The notes under the pieces were generated by a model. The model saw only the letters and a list, made by a program, of their open reading frames with translations. It made no database searches and was not told where the DNA came from. Shown one piece after another: positions 1 to 10,800 of a stretch of DNA of 64,000 nt. How positions within the stretch are numbered: position 1 is the first letter of the stretch; each line of letters opens with the position of its first letter. The stretch spans positions 2,579,964 through 2,643,963 of the forward strand of contig OZ219802.1 of assembly GCA_964291655.2 (NCBI GenBank), written 5' to 3'. The position numbers and the translations under genes were made by a program. Source of the DNA: Chloroflexota bacterium (GTDB taxonomy: Bacteria > Chloroflexota > UBA11872 > VXOZ01).

Positions 1-975
1 CTGGAGCCGTTCTTGTCGGCGGACGCTGAGGTCAGCAAGGACGACTACCACGTCTGGGCGACGGAGCGCATCCAAGGTCAGGTATACAGCATTGCCTGGT
101 TCACCAACGGCAAAGAGTACTGGTACAACGCCGATCTCTACGCCGAGGCCGGCCTCAAGACCCCCAAGGAGCATGAGGCTGAGGGCACATGGACCTGGGA
201 TACGTTGCTGGAAGGCGCAAAGAAGCTGACCACGCAAGAGGGCAACAACGTCACGCAGTGGGGTTTCTGGACGCCTTCCTACTCATTTGGTTGGCACTGG
301 ATCCACTTGATGGCGTATGGCGCAACGTGGTGGAATGAAGATTTTTCCGCACCGTCCATGCTCTCACAAGAGTTCGCCGAAGGCACACAATTTGCCGCTG
401 ACTTGGTGACGAAGCACCGGGTCATGCCGAGTCGGGCCGCCCCAAGTGAAAACGACGTTGCTGCGGACTTTAACACGCAACTGCTCGCGGGCCGCACCTG
501 GGGATCGTACGGCACGCGTACGATCGAAGAGCAGATCATGTCCCAGGAGGAACCGTTCACGGTGGAGATGGAAATGCTGCCGAAGGGCCCGGCCGGGCGC
601 CAGGTGGTGCAGTCCATCAACGCGAACTGGATCTCCAGCTCGTCGGAGAATCCCGATGGCGCATGGGACTTCTATAAATTCTGGCTGAGCCAGGAAGGCC
701 AGAGCTTCATCGTGCCGCTGGGCGGCGGGCGCTACGTTTCGAACAAGAACTTCCAGGGCTTCACGGTCTATGACTATGAGGATCCGGAAGTCTACGCGCG
801 CTCTGCCGAGATCAGCGTGGAACAGCGCCAGGTTGTGAAGCAGTCTGACGTCAACGCAGCATGGACCGAGAACTGGGAAGCCTTGGAGCTAGAGACCAAG
901 ACGGTCCAAGAGGTCCAGGAAGAGATTCAGCAGGTTGCGGAGAACGCGCTCCGCGAGGGCGGCTGCCTCTGCTAA
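1..975 (+). CDS. Extracellular solute-binding protein (carbohydrate ABC family 1), 5'-truncated by the window edge
   Basis: Motifs YNADLY..AGL..P, WTWDTLLE.AKKLT, LPKGPAG and AWDFYKFW. Clear paralog of 15398..16789. Ends EGGCLC. Confidence 0.85.
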   Translation: MEPFLSADAEVSKDDYHVWATERIQGQVYSIAWFTNGKEYWYNADLYAEAGLKTPKEHEAEGTWTWDTLLEGAKKLTTQEGNNVTQWGFWTPSYSFGWHWIHLMAYGATWWNEDFSAPSMLSQEFAEGTQFAADLVTKHRVMPSRAAPSENDVAADFNTQLLAGRTWGSYGTRTIEEQIMSQEEPFTVEMEMLPKGPAGRQVVQSINANWISSSSENPDGAWDFYKFWLSQEGQSFIVPLGGGRYVSNKNFQGFTVYDYEDPEVYARSAEISVEQRQVVKQSDVNAAWTENWEALELETKTVQEVQEEIQQVAENALREGGCLC

Positions 976-1032
976 CGTCTGATCGCCACAATTTGGTGGC
1001 TTGAGCAATTGCAGCAATCATAGATTGCAATG

Positions 1033-1062
1033 CGTAGGGGCACGACATGTCGTGCCCCTACG
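1033..1062. repeat. GTAG-type REP palindrome, family A (CGTAGGGGCACGACATGTCGTGCCCCTACG)
   Basis: Perfect palindrome. Further copies at 6228-6255 and about 16983-17007. Confidence 0.85.
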
Positions 1063-1133
1063 CTGTATTATGGACACCGCACGAATGCGGCATCTTTTCC
1101 AAGAGCAAAATGTAGTGTGGAGGGAGAAGTACT

Positions 1134-1952
1134 GTGGCAACCGAAACCAAAGTGGCTTTGCGCATATTGGGAACGCACTGGTCTACGCCGAATGCGCGTG
1201 ATGCCGGCTGGGTCGAAGATGCATTTGACCTCAATCCGGCGGAGACCGGCTTTGTGGCGCTCCACCTGTGGAATGTGGGCGACGTAAACGGGCCCGCTGT
1301 ACCGGAAGACTACTTTGTGGATATGGGCATCACTGAAGGCCAGTTGGAGTCGGTGCGGATTGCAGACAACTATATTCGCCCGGCGATTGCGGCAGCGCGC
1401 GCGGCAGGCATGCAAATCTTCCACGTGGAGCCGGGGAACATCGCCATGAAGTACGACTCCGTCCACTACATGTTGGAAGAGGAAGACACGAACCCGCCGC
1501 CCGGTCCCGCGCGGCCGCCGGAAGCCAATCCGGGTTGGAACCTGGAACGCGCGGAACGCTCCCATGGCGCCGGGTACCGTGACTGGGATGGCTGGGAGCA
1601 ATTGCGCATCATCCAATCCTGCGACGCTGAGCCCGGCGACCAGGTGATTCTTACCAGCGCTCAGTTCGACCGCATTTGCCGCAGCAAAGGCATCAAGAAC
1701 CTGATCTACACGGGCTTCGCGGCGAACATGTGCATTTTGGGCTCCGCCGGCGGCACACAACCCATGCTTGGGTATGGATACAAAGTCTTTCTCATCCGCG
1801 AAGCGACTTTGGCAGTGGAGTATCCGGATACGTTTGCCGAGCGGCTCATGACCCGGTCGGCGCTCAAGTACTTCCAACAAGCGGTGGGCGATACAGTCGG
1901 CTACGAACAGTTCATCGAAGCCTGCGAGGCGGTAGCGGCGGCGCAGCGTTAA
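1134..1952 (+). CDS. Isochorismatase/cysteine hydrolase family protein
   Basis: GIKNLIYTGFAANMCI motif with catalytic Cys, then GYKVFLIREAT. GTG start with GGAG upstream. Confidence 0.75.
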   Translation: MATETKVALRILGTHWSTPNARDAGWVEDAFDLNPAETGFVALHLWNVGDVNGPAVPEDYFVDMGITEGQLESVRIADNYIRPAIAAARAAGMQIFHVEPGNIAMKYDSVHYMLEEEDTNPPPGPARPPEANPGWNLERAERSHGAGYRDWDGWEQLRIIQSCDAEPGDQVILTSAQFDRICRSKGIKNLIYTGFAANMCILGSAGGTQPMLGYGYKVFLIREATLAVEYPDTFAERLMTRSALKYFQQAVGDTVGYEQFIEACEAVAAAQR

Positions 1953-2051
1953 GTAATCGACGTGAAAGGACGCGTACCCGCGCTTTAGTCATTTGATTCC
2001 GCGCACAGATTGTCGCGGTACATCGCCAAAGAACAAAGGAGTTTGGGGCAG

Positions 2052-3215
2052 ATGAGACGAGAGACCGGCCGTGGCAAATCCCAATTTCCCCGCCCATGGC
2101 GCAGCTTGTGGACAGCGATTGCAATCCTTGTGCTCGTTGTTGCCGCCGCGTGCGGGGGCGACGACCCGGACGTTGAGCCGGCGCCGTCCGAGGCGCCGGC
2201 GATTCGCGTGATCGCCGTCACGAATGTCCTCGCGGACTGGGCAAAGGCAGTCGGCGGCGACCGCGTGGAAGTAGCCAGCCTCATACCGACCGACGTGGAC
2301 CCGCACGGATTCCAACCCGGCCCCCGCGACGCGGCGAAGATTGCAGAAGCCGATTTGATTATTGCCATCGGACTGGGCATGGAAGGCTTCTGGCTCGATG
2401 AGCTCTTGCACAACGTGGCGCGGGATTCGTCAATTGTGCTGACGTTGGGCGATCTCGTCGACCCCATTCTGAACGATACAGAGGATGAAGGCGGCCACAC
2501 TGACGACGAAGAAGGTCACGACGAGGATGAAGAGGGTCACGCCGACGATGAAGGTGAGGGCCACGATGATGACGACGAAGGGCATGCCGACGATGAAGAA
2601 GGCCACGCCGAAGATGAGGATGAGGGCCATGCCGATGACGAAGATGAGGGCCACGCCGATGACGCAGGAGAACATGGGCACGACCACGGGGCGCATAACC
2701 CGCACTTCTGGTTCGATCCGCTCCGTGTGGTACTCGCGGTCGATGCGATTGCCGCCCGTTTCGCGGAGCTCGATCCGGATCATGCCGACGAATACCGGGC
2801 CAATGCCGCCGCCTACAACGCGGAAGTCCTGGCGTTGCACGCCTGGACGCTGGAACAGGTCAGCGCGGTGCCGGCCGCAAAGCGGCTGATCCTCGGTTCG
2901 CACGACTATTTCCGCTACTTTGCGGTACGGTACGAGTTCGAGGTTGTTGGGATAATCCTGTCGATTGCCGAAGACGCGGAACCGTCCGCTGAGCACCTGG
3001 CGCATCTCGTAGACATAATGAGAGAGCATGACGTGCAGGCCGTGTTTGGTGAGAAGATTGCCCGGGAGCGCCTGGCAAGCGCCTTGGCGAATGAGGCCGG
3101 CGCGACGCTCGTGCGGCTCTACTCGGATTCGCTCGGGCCCGAAGGCAGCGGCGCGGACACCTATATCACGATGGTGCAGTTCAACGTCCGGCTCGTAGTC
3201 GAGGCGTTGCGATGA
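2052..3215 (+). CDS. znuA: Zn/Mn ABC transporter substrate-binding lipoprotein with a long His/Asp/Glu-rich loop
   Basis: Lipobox AAAC, DPHGFQP, NPHFWFDP and SHDYFRYFA motifs. ATG at 2052 follows AAGGAG. Confidence 0.88.
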   Translation: MRRETGRGKSQFPRPWRSLWTAIAILVLVVAAACGGDDPDVEPAPSEAPAIRVIAVTNVLADWAKAVGGDRVEVASLIPTDVDPHGFQPGPRDAAKIAEADLIIAIGLGMEGFWLDELLHNVARDSSIVLTLGDLVDPILNDTEDEGGHTDDEEGHDEDEEGHADDEGEGHDDDDEGHADDEEGHAEDEDEGHADDEDEGHADDAGEHGHDHGAHNPHFWFDPLRVVLAVDAIAARFAELDPDHADEYRANAAAYNAEVLALHAWTLEQVSAVPAAKRLILGSHDYFRYFAVRYEFEVVGIILSIAEDAEPSAEHLAHLVDIMREHDVQAVFGEKIARERLASALANEAGATLVRLYSDSLGPEGSGADTYITMVQFNVRLVVEALR

Positions 3216-4000
3216 ACGCGGGCGCAGACGACACGCAGGAGCAGTCTAGCGACGCGACCGCGCCGTCACTTGCCGTGGAAGACCTCTTCGTGGATCGCGG
3301 AGAGGTCCAGGTGCTCAACGGTGTCAGCTTTGCCGCGAGCAGTTCGCGCATCATGGGCGTCATTGGCCCCAATGGCGCCGGCAAAAGCACGCTCTTCAAT
3401 ACGCTCACCGGGCTGATCCCGGCCAGAGAGGGCCGGGTGCGTATTAGTGGTAAGTCGATAGGCGAGTCGCGGGGGCAGGTTGCGTTCGTGCCGCAGCGCC
3501 AAAACATCAACTGGGATCTGCCCATGACCGTGTGGGACATGGTGATGCTGGGCCGAACGCGCCAGATCGGGTGGTTTCGCCGGCCAGGGAGTGCCGACAA
3601 GCAAGCCGTGGAGGACGCCCTCAACCAAGTTTGGATGTGGGACAGGCGCGATGCCCTGATTGCGGAACTCTCCGGCGGGCAGCAGCAACGAGTATTCGTC
3701 GCCCGCGCCCTGGCGCAGGATGTGCAGGTGCTGATTCTGGATGAAGCCTTCCGGGGAGTGGATTTTACCTCCCAAGAGGTCATGACACTGGTGCTGCAGG
3801 AGATGCGGGACGCGGGGAAGACCATCCTTCTCGCTTCGCACAATATCAGCTACATCCGGCGGTTGACCGATGATTGCCTCTGCCTCAACCGCCAAGTCAT
3901 CGCCTGCGGGCTCACGTCGGAAGTGCTGGTGCCGAAAGTCATGGACGAGTTGTACCGCTCGGTGGATATCTACCGGGCCTACGAGAGCGAGCACCGCTAG
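3212..4000 (+). CDS. znuC: Metal ABC transporter ATP-binding protein
   Basis: Walker A GPNGAGKST, signature LSGGQQQR, Walker B LILDE. 4-bp overlap with the upstream gene. Confidence 0.9.
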   Translation: MNAGADDTQEQSSDATAPSLAVEDLFVDRGEVQVLNGVSFAASSSRIMGVIGPNGAGKSTLFNTLTGLIPAREGRVRISGKSIGESRGQVAFVPQRQNINWDLPMTVWDMVMLGRTRQIGWFRRPGSADKQAVEDALNQVWMWDRRDALIAELSGGQQQRVFVARALAQDVQVLILDEAFRGVDFTSQEVMTLVLQEMRDAGKTILLASHNISYIRRLTDDCLCLNRQVIACGLTSEVLVPKVMDELYRSVDIYRAYESEHR

Positions 4001-4822
4001 ATGGAGGTCCTTGCCGACATCTTCATTGCTCCCTTTCAGTACGGCTTCATGCTGCGGGCGCTGATTGTCTCGGTGCTTGTGGGGGTAATGTGCCCCATGC
4101 TGGGCGCTTACGTCGTGACCAAGGGCCTGGGGTTTATGGGGGACGCGCTCTCCCACGCCGTGTTGCCCGGCATGGTGGCTGCGTTCGTAATTGGCGTCAA
4201 TCCGTTTTTGGGAGCGATGCCCATGGGCATCGTGGTGGCGCTGCTCAGCGGCTACCTCATTCGACGCGCCGGTATCAGCGCCGATACCTCTGTAGGCATA
4301 CTCTTCGCCGGCCTCTTTGCCTTGGGTGTAGTCATGTTGTCCTTCACCCGGGGTCTGCGCGTAAGCCTGGAAGACATTCTGCTGGGACAGGTGCTGGGCG
4401 TAACCACCCAGGACGTGCTCTTGACGCTGGTACTGGCCGTGCTGGTACTGGCAGTCCTCTATCTGCTCCATAAAGAACTGGTCTTTGCCAGCTTCGACCC
4501 AGCGGGGGCGACGGTGATCGGCCTGCCCACGCAGGCGCTGGATTACCTGCTCTTGGCACTGCTGGCGGTCGTGATCGTGCTGGCCATCCAGGCGGTGGGT
4601 ATCGTGCTTGTGTTGGCGATGCTCATCACGCCGGCGGCCACGTCATTCCTGCTGGTGCGCAATTTCCCAAAAGCGATGTTCACCGGTTCGCTCTTGGGAT
4701 TGACCTCGGCTGTGTCCGGGCTTTACCTTTCCTACCACTATAACCTGCCGTCGGGGCCTTCCATGGCGCTGGTGGCTACGGTGATTTTTGCGGTTGTGGT
4801 GGCGGTGAAAAAAGCACGGTAA
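4001..4822 (+). CDS. znuB: Metal ABC transporter permease (ABC-3 family)
   Basis: GDALSHAVLPG and VGIVLVLAMLITPAA motifs; multiple TM segments. Confidence 0.9.
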   Translation: MEVLADIFIAPFQYGFMLRALIVSVLVGVMCPMLGAYVVTKGLGFMGDALSHAVLPGMVAAFVIGVNPFLGAMPMGIVVALLSGYLIRRAGISADTSVGILFAGLFALGVVMLSFTRGLRVSLEDILLGQVLGVTTQDVLLTLVLAVLVLAVLYLLHKELVFASFDPAGATVIGLPTQALDYLLLALLAVVIVLAIQAVGIVLVLAMLITPAATSFLLVRNFPKAMFTGSLLGLTSAVSGLYLSYHYNLPSGPSMALVATVIFAVVVAVKKAR

Positions 4823-4961
4823 CATCTGCATGGTGAATTGCTGTAGGTGTGGCACATTGGGATATGCAGCGACAGGAATTCGGCGTGTTTGAAGATGTCA
4901 GCGGAATTCGTCCGCCCGCAGTGCCACGTATCAAGAGTATTCGAGAATAAAGGAAGCTCTC

Positions 4962-5879
4962 ATGTACCCAAACGGCGCACAGTTTTGCCTTAGCCTGACC
5001 TTCGACGTGGAGATGTGCACCAATTTTCCGTATTGGACGTCGGTGTGGGACCATCGCAAGGGCGCCATCGATGCTGACTGCAAGCAATACATCCAGAAGC
5101 TGAACGCGGTGGCGGCGAATTACGGCGTCAAGCTGCACTACTTCCTGGTGGGCAGCGCGTTGGAAGACCCTGACCTCGACTACCTAAAGCAGGCCGTTGA
5201 CGCCGGTCACGCGCTCGGCAACCATACGTATTCTCATATTAATGTGCGGGCGCAAGAGATCCCACAGCTCCAGGTGACGTATGCCTCAGCACCATGGCGG
5301 GCCCACGGCCGTACCGCGCTCACGTGCATCCGCGACGAGCTTCGCCAGACCAGCAGCGCCATGCGGGAGGTATTGGGCGTAAATCCAGTGGGATTTCGCA
5401 CGCCGGGCGGGTTCGTTGACGGCTTACACAGCGTGCCTGCGGTGCAGGAGCTATTGAAAGATGAGGGCTTTGGCTACGCTTCTTCGCACTTTCGTTTTCC
5501 GGTCGACCCCACGCACAAGCGACCCCCGCGAGAGCGATTAGAAACGGCCATGCGCGAGAGTCTCGACTCGCTGCAGCCGTACCGCTATCCCAACGGCCTG
5601 CCGGAGCTCCCGCCCACGGGCATAACCGACATTTGGGGGTTCCGCTATCTGGACCTGGACCGCTGGGAATTCATCAACCTGCTCAAGCACGGCATCGACC
5701 ACGCTCACGCCAACGGTCAGGTGCTGACCATGACGTTCCATCCGCCGGTTTTGGCCGCCAGAGACCCGCACTGCGATGTACTGGAAACGGTGTTGCCCTA
5801 TGCGCTGGGGAAGCCCGGCGGCTGCTGGGTCGCCACGAATGACGAGGTTTACGAACACGTCGTGCCGAATGTCGCATAG
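4962..5879 (+). CDS. Polysaccharide deacetylase (NodB/CE4) family protein
   Basis: LTFDVE, GNHTYSH, GFRTPGG and TFHP motifs. Confidence 0.85.
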   Translation: MYPNGAQFCLSLTFDVEMCTNFPYWTSVWDHRKGAIDADCKQYIQKLNAVAANYGVKLHYFLVGSALEDPDLDYLKQAVDAGHALGNHTYSHINVRAQEIPQLQVTYASAPWRAHGRTALTCIRDELRQTSSAMREVLGVNPVGFRTPGGFVDGLHSVPAVQELLKDEGFGYASSHFRFPVDPTHKRPPRERLETAMRESLDSLQPYRYPNGLPELPPTGITDIWGFRYLDLDRWEFINLLKHGIDHAHANGQVLTMTFHPPVLAARDPHCDVLETVLPYALGKPGGCWVATNDEVYEHVVPNVA

Positions 5880-5928
5880 TTGCCGAATCACGGCAGGAAG
5901 TGCGGCATACTCCATTCGAAAGGTCATT

Positions 5929-6096
5929 GTCGCGCGGGGGCTTGTCCCCAATGCTGTCGCGCTTAAGCATGATGGCGACAGACAACGCGCTTCACATTCC
6001 CGGTAGCGCAGGTGTGCAACCTGCGTTCCTGCAAGGTCAATACTTTGCGTGCCTGTTACTTTTTGCCTTTGGCGCGGGACAAGCCCCCGTGCTACT
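5929..6096. repeat. Cluster of GTAG-type REPs: two inverted family-B copies (GTAGCGCGGGGGCTTGTCCCCCGC type) around a family-C copy (CGGTAGCGCAGGTNTGNAACCTGCG)
   Basis: Family B also at about 24642, 26503, 45952, 51342 and 53592. Family C also at about 16868, 26593, 28839, 31047, 36675, 41868, 46122, 50456, 51144 and 53912. Confidence 0.8.
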
Positions 6097-6358
6097 TTAG
6101 TGCGACAACATTGGGGCTTTTCCTCCGCTCCGGTGTCAAGCAAGTCCTTAGCGAGCGGCGCGCATTTACACCATTCGAAGGTGGAACCTGAGTGAGGAAG
6201 TTCCACTTCTTCTAGGTGCGCAAGGGTGTAGGGGCACGACATGTCGTGCCCCTACGTGCCATACTCTTACCAAATGGCTCATTCCACAGTGAGTGTAAAG
6301 CCCACGGCAGAGACAAGACCATAGGAATATTCGCGCGTAAAGCTAAGGAGATGGACTC

Positions 6359-7567
6359 GTGAGAAAGACGATTGACGAGATCGGCGTGACCTTCGACACG
6401 GAGTTTGAAGCGGCCGCGGCGGAAGACGTATCCCTGGCCGAAGACGGGACCGTGCATCTCTATACCCGCGTCGATCCCAAGCCCACTGGCTTCGACGAAC
6501 ACTTCAAAGGCGTACCCACGCAGTACCGCTACAGCGTGCGCGTCACGGCGCACCGGGAGACGCCCGCGCTGCGCATTCACGTGCATACAGACAGAGAGCT
6601 GGGTGGCTGGTACATCCAGTTTGGAGGCTTTGTGAAGCGCGCGGGCGGCTGGGAGCCGATTCCATTAGAAAACGCCACCAACGTGCCGGACACCAGCGAT
6701 GTGCTCATCACGCTCTCGCTCCGTGAAGGCGAATCCGTGGTGCTGGGCAGCATGCCGTTCATCGCGCCGTCGGAATTGGAGACGCAACTCGAGGCGCTCA
6801 TGCGCACGGAAAGTCACGTCTGGTCGACGCGTGTCTTGGCCGAGACGGCGAAAGGGCGCAAGATTTGGGCGCTGGAGACTGCGCCACGGGACAAGCGCAT
6901 CGTGGTGGCGGGCACCTCGCAGGGCGCGGAGCCGGTGGCAGAAAGACTGGTGGAATTGGCGCGGCGGCTCACGGTCGATCTCACGGACTCGCGCTGGCTC
7001 TTGGACAACTACCAGGTGAGTTTGGTGCCGATGATCAATCCCGACGGCGCGGCGGAGGGTCACAGTTTGCTCAACGGCAGCGGCGAGGTGGTGGCCGGCG
7101 GCTACAAAGCGGCGGTTTCCGGCGAGCCGTGCCCGGTGGAGAGCAAGGCCTTGGCAGACTACGTCGGGCTGGCACCAACCCAAGCCTATCTCGAATTCCA
7201 TGCCCACTACCGCACGATTCCCCCGGGAGAAGAAGATCACCTGGGCGTGCGCAAGCTGCACTTGCTCAATCCCGGCATGACGGACATCTATCCGCCGGAA
7301 ACGGACCCGGAGTACGTCGACCGCTTCAACGCCGTCATGCGCCAGCGGCTGGGCGATCACAACGACCACCGCCCCATCGGCCAGTGGTGGAAACCGGCGG
7401 CGTTCTTTACCCCCAACCTCGCCCGGCTGCATCACCATTGCATGTTCTACGCCGTGCAGTCGTGGAACTACGATCTTCAAGCCACCACAGCCTGGGCAGA
7501 ACGCTACCTCTACGCCGCGGCGGAAAGCACCGCCATCGCCAGCGGCGAACCCACCTGGCGAGAGTGA
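6359..7567 (+). CDS. M14 zinc carboxypeptidase-like protein (divergent)
   Basis: T.KGRKIWAL, VPMINPDG and LEFH motifs. First Zn motif reads QGAE rather than HxxE. Confidence 0.65.
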   Translation: MRKTIDEIGVTFDTEFEAAAAEDVSLAEDGTVHLYTRVDPKPTGFDEHFKGVPTQYRYSVRVTAHRETPALRIHVHTDRELGGWYIQFGGFVKRAGGWEPIPLENATNVPDTSDVLITLSLREGESVVLGSMPFIAPSELETQLEALMRTESHVWSTRVLAETAKGRKIWALETAPRDKRIVVAGTSQGAEPVAERLVELARRLTVDLTDSRWLLDNYQVSLVPMINPDGAAEGHSLLNGSGEVVAGGYKAAVSGEPCPVESKALADYVGLAPTQAYLEFHAHYRTIPPGEEDHLGVRKLHLLNPGMTDIYPPETDPEYVDRFNAVMRQRLGDHNDHRPIGQWWKPAAFFTPNLARLHHHCMFYAVQSWNYDLQATTAWAERYLYAAAESTAIASGEPTWRE

Positions 7568-7814
7568 GAGCGAGCTGGGTAGCAACTCTATCGATGCCAG
7601 TGAGTGCCAGAGGGGATGGTCGGGCAGCAGACGTAGGAGGCGGTATGGTCAGCCGCTTGGCCCATGCCTTCTGTTTCCACGATTCAGTTGGCGGGAGCCT
7701 TGGTACTTCACTGGTTGCGAGTGCCCGCTGCGCCTGAATTGCCCATTGGTTTTGCCTTAGGCAACTGGAAGCCGTAGCTGACTTTTAAAGCAGTTCCTAT
7801 CAAAATTGCATCCA

Positions 7815-10800
7815 TTATCGGTTCTCAAAGGGTCTCCAATATATCAGAATTCTGTTGCGGTTTTGATCGGCCACGTACAGGTTGTCGTTTTCATCGAACG
7901 TTGCCGCATACGGCATTGAGCCAAGGTCCTTCAAGAATCCGTTTGGGGTAGTGTTTGGACCGAGCGGGCTATCGTAGTAGCCGACGAATCTGGGCGCCAT
8001 GTAGCTGTTGTAACCCACCACCATTCTGTTCGTGCTGTCGAAGGCTGGTTCCCACGTGGCAGTCTGCCTTGATCTTAGGTAGACTCTGCCGGTTTCAACC
8101 GTTTGACCGGGATCCCAAGCATTTGCAAAGTACCTCTCTTCCACCGCGCCCAAGTCAGTGAAGACCTTCGTGGCGGCAGGAGCAAAGATGGCTGACGCAT
8201 TGTCAGCAGTGGTTACGTCCGGAGGGAATACCAAGAGCCGCCAATTGCCCGCGACTTCCAGTGAGTGGTCGGAGACGAAGAGGTTGCCGAGCCTGTCAAT
8301 AGTGAGTGCGCCCGGGAAGCAGAGCATGTCGGCTGCAGGCGCGCCACCTACGTCCTGGGGCCTATCCCACGGCCCAATGTAGGCTCTGCGATTGCACTTG
8401 TTCCCCGTCGCACTCTTCTGTCCCAGAATCACGTCAACGACAGGTTCACCCAGTGGATTGCGCAGCCGCAGCACGCGGTGATTATACGCATCGCTGATCC
8501 ACACTGCTTCACCGTTGCCTACGGGGGCTATGCCGCGAATGTAGGGGCCCCTGGATACGTCCGCCCTTTCTCCTGGGACTCTAAATGTGGTAGGGCCAAG
8601 CCAAACCCGTTCACTTGATCCCAGCACCGGAAAGCTTGCCTGTAAAGTCGAAATGGTCTTTATCGGCTCCGAATGTGTGGTCAAGGGTAGCTGATAGACA
8701 TTGATGTACCGTGTGACGTCAGTGCCCAAGACCCATAGCCTTCCCGCCCCATCTACTTTGATCTGGCCGCAGCACGTTTCCCGGGCAGGTGTCCAATGAG
8801 TTTCGCCGACCACGCCGTCAGCGGGCTGGCCGTTCCTGAGCCCGGCTACCCCATTCCAAAAAAGCAACCGCTTGGTATCCGCGGCGATTAGCTGGTCTTT
8901 GAATACCGCAACACCTGTTCCGTTGCGGATTTCCCGATCCCCCTTAAAGTTGATCCCACCGGGTGGATAGAATAACCGCTTGTCTGGCTCGCCGATAGAG
9001 CTCGCTTGCGTATTCAGTCTGCTGGCGGGGAAGCGGTAAACATCCTGGGCAAATAAAATCAATGGCAACAAGAGATTCCCTGAACTATCGATGCCGATGC
9101 CTCCCCCACTTCGGCCCGGTATGGACATGAGTGGCGCTCCAGTTCCAGAGTCTCGCATGTTCCAGAAAACAAGACCATTGCTATCGGAGCTCGTTATCCA
9201 CATCCCGTTCTTGATTGGATCTACTTCTAGCGTCGTCGGGCGGTTTAGGTTGGAACTGAACATGGAAGTTGCCGGCATTCCTGATGAGTATGGAGGCGTG
9301 AAGACCAGTATGCGATCGTTGCCTTTGTCGGCTACGTAAACATGGCCTTGTGCGTCGGACCTGACTGCCGCAGGGGAGTCAAGCTGACTAAGTCCGGTGC
9401 CCCATTCATTGCTTTGAAAGTTTGGTTGACCGAGCACCAAGTCGGCCTGCTTGGCGATAGAGCCAGTGGCGTGATTCAGGGGAAAGCGCAATACACGATG
9501 ATTGGCGGCATCCGCCACCCAGAGGTTACCCGCGGGATCGGTTTCCACACCGCTGGCGAACCAGCCCAAGCCCACACGAGATCGGAAAGAGCTTGAGTGG
9601 AAGCACAGAGTTTCCCGCGTAGGCTGCATGCCGGGTCTATCGCGGTTGCAGACTATGCCGGAAAAGTCACTTTGTCCCCAGACCTCATCGGCAATGGAGT
9701 CAGTCTCGAACGGACGATTGTATTTCAGGACGCGGTTATTCAGGGAATCCGGTACGTAGAGGTTGCCGTGGGCGTCGACTGCCATGGTCACGAAGGTGTG
9801 TTCTTCGTCCACCGAAATGGCGACATCGGTGATGCCGCAGAGGGTCTTGGCACTGGCTGCGGCCCGTACGGGATAATTCTGCACATTGGAATCGCCGTTG
9901 CAGGCAGAGTGATCGAACGCTGACGGTTGGCCGATAACTACGTCTGCCGAACAGGGTCCCTCCCCGGCATAACACGTGCTCAGGTCAATTCCCAAGATTC
10001 GGCTGTTGCCTGCGTCCCAAATGTAGGCCCTGCCCGGAGAAACTGAGCGATCGACAACCACACCGCCCGGGTTGAACACCTTGAATGGTACTACTTGCTC
10101 CTCAGAGACTTGCGAAAAGTCCGGCTGGCCGATGATGACGTCGGCCCAGAGGTCACCGGATACGCCTCTGACAGCTTTCGTGCGGGGAAAGGGAGCGAAG
10201 TCATTCAGAATCCGAGGTTTGCCCATCAGGTCTGTAAATGCCGACCGCGAGTTGCGCGCCCAGTCAATGAGGTCTGAAACCCTATTCAGCTCAAACTCAA
10301 AGCCTCGATATAGCGGCGGCTGGCTGCGAATGCCGTCACGCACCCAGGGCAGTGCCGCTATCGCCGCCGCAGCCTCGGGATCGCTGCGTCTCAGAGACAA
10401 GAGAGCGGCAACTACTGTGACGTTCTTGGCAGTGGCTAAGCCTAACGCGGGGTGAGATAGCGTCTCTTGCAGTGCGTTTGAGTTGAATCCCAATTCGACG
10501 TTCAGCGCTCGCAAGGCATCCACGTCTGCACGTTCAATGCTGAACAAGAAGTGTGTGCGGATAAGCTGCAGCACGCCAGATTCATCAATGGCACTCATGG
10601 CAACAAGCTGTTCGAGTGCTGCCAACTCTACCTCGTTGCGTGGAGGCAGCCATTTCATCCGAGACGCAATCAAAGTGCCCAAGGCGTGAGGAGACCTTCC
10701 ACCGAGCTCCTGCAATGACGCAACAGCTTGCTCTTCCAAGCTCGTCAAGCCGTCCCGCACCCACGGCAGGTTCTGCAATATTTGTACCGCCATGGCGGAC

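Noticed and set aside
3266-4471. Long antisense ORFs (also 40501..41715, 23228..24400, 21758..22684, 10728..11921)
   Set aside because: Shadow frames of well-supported genes in GC-rich DNA.
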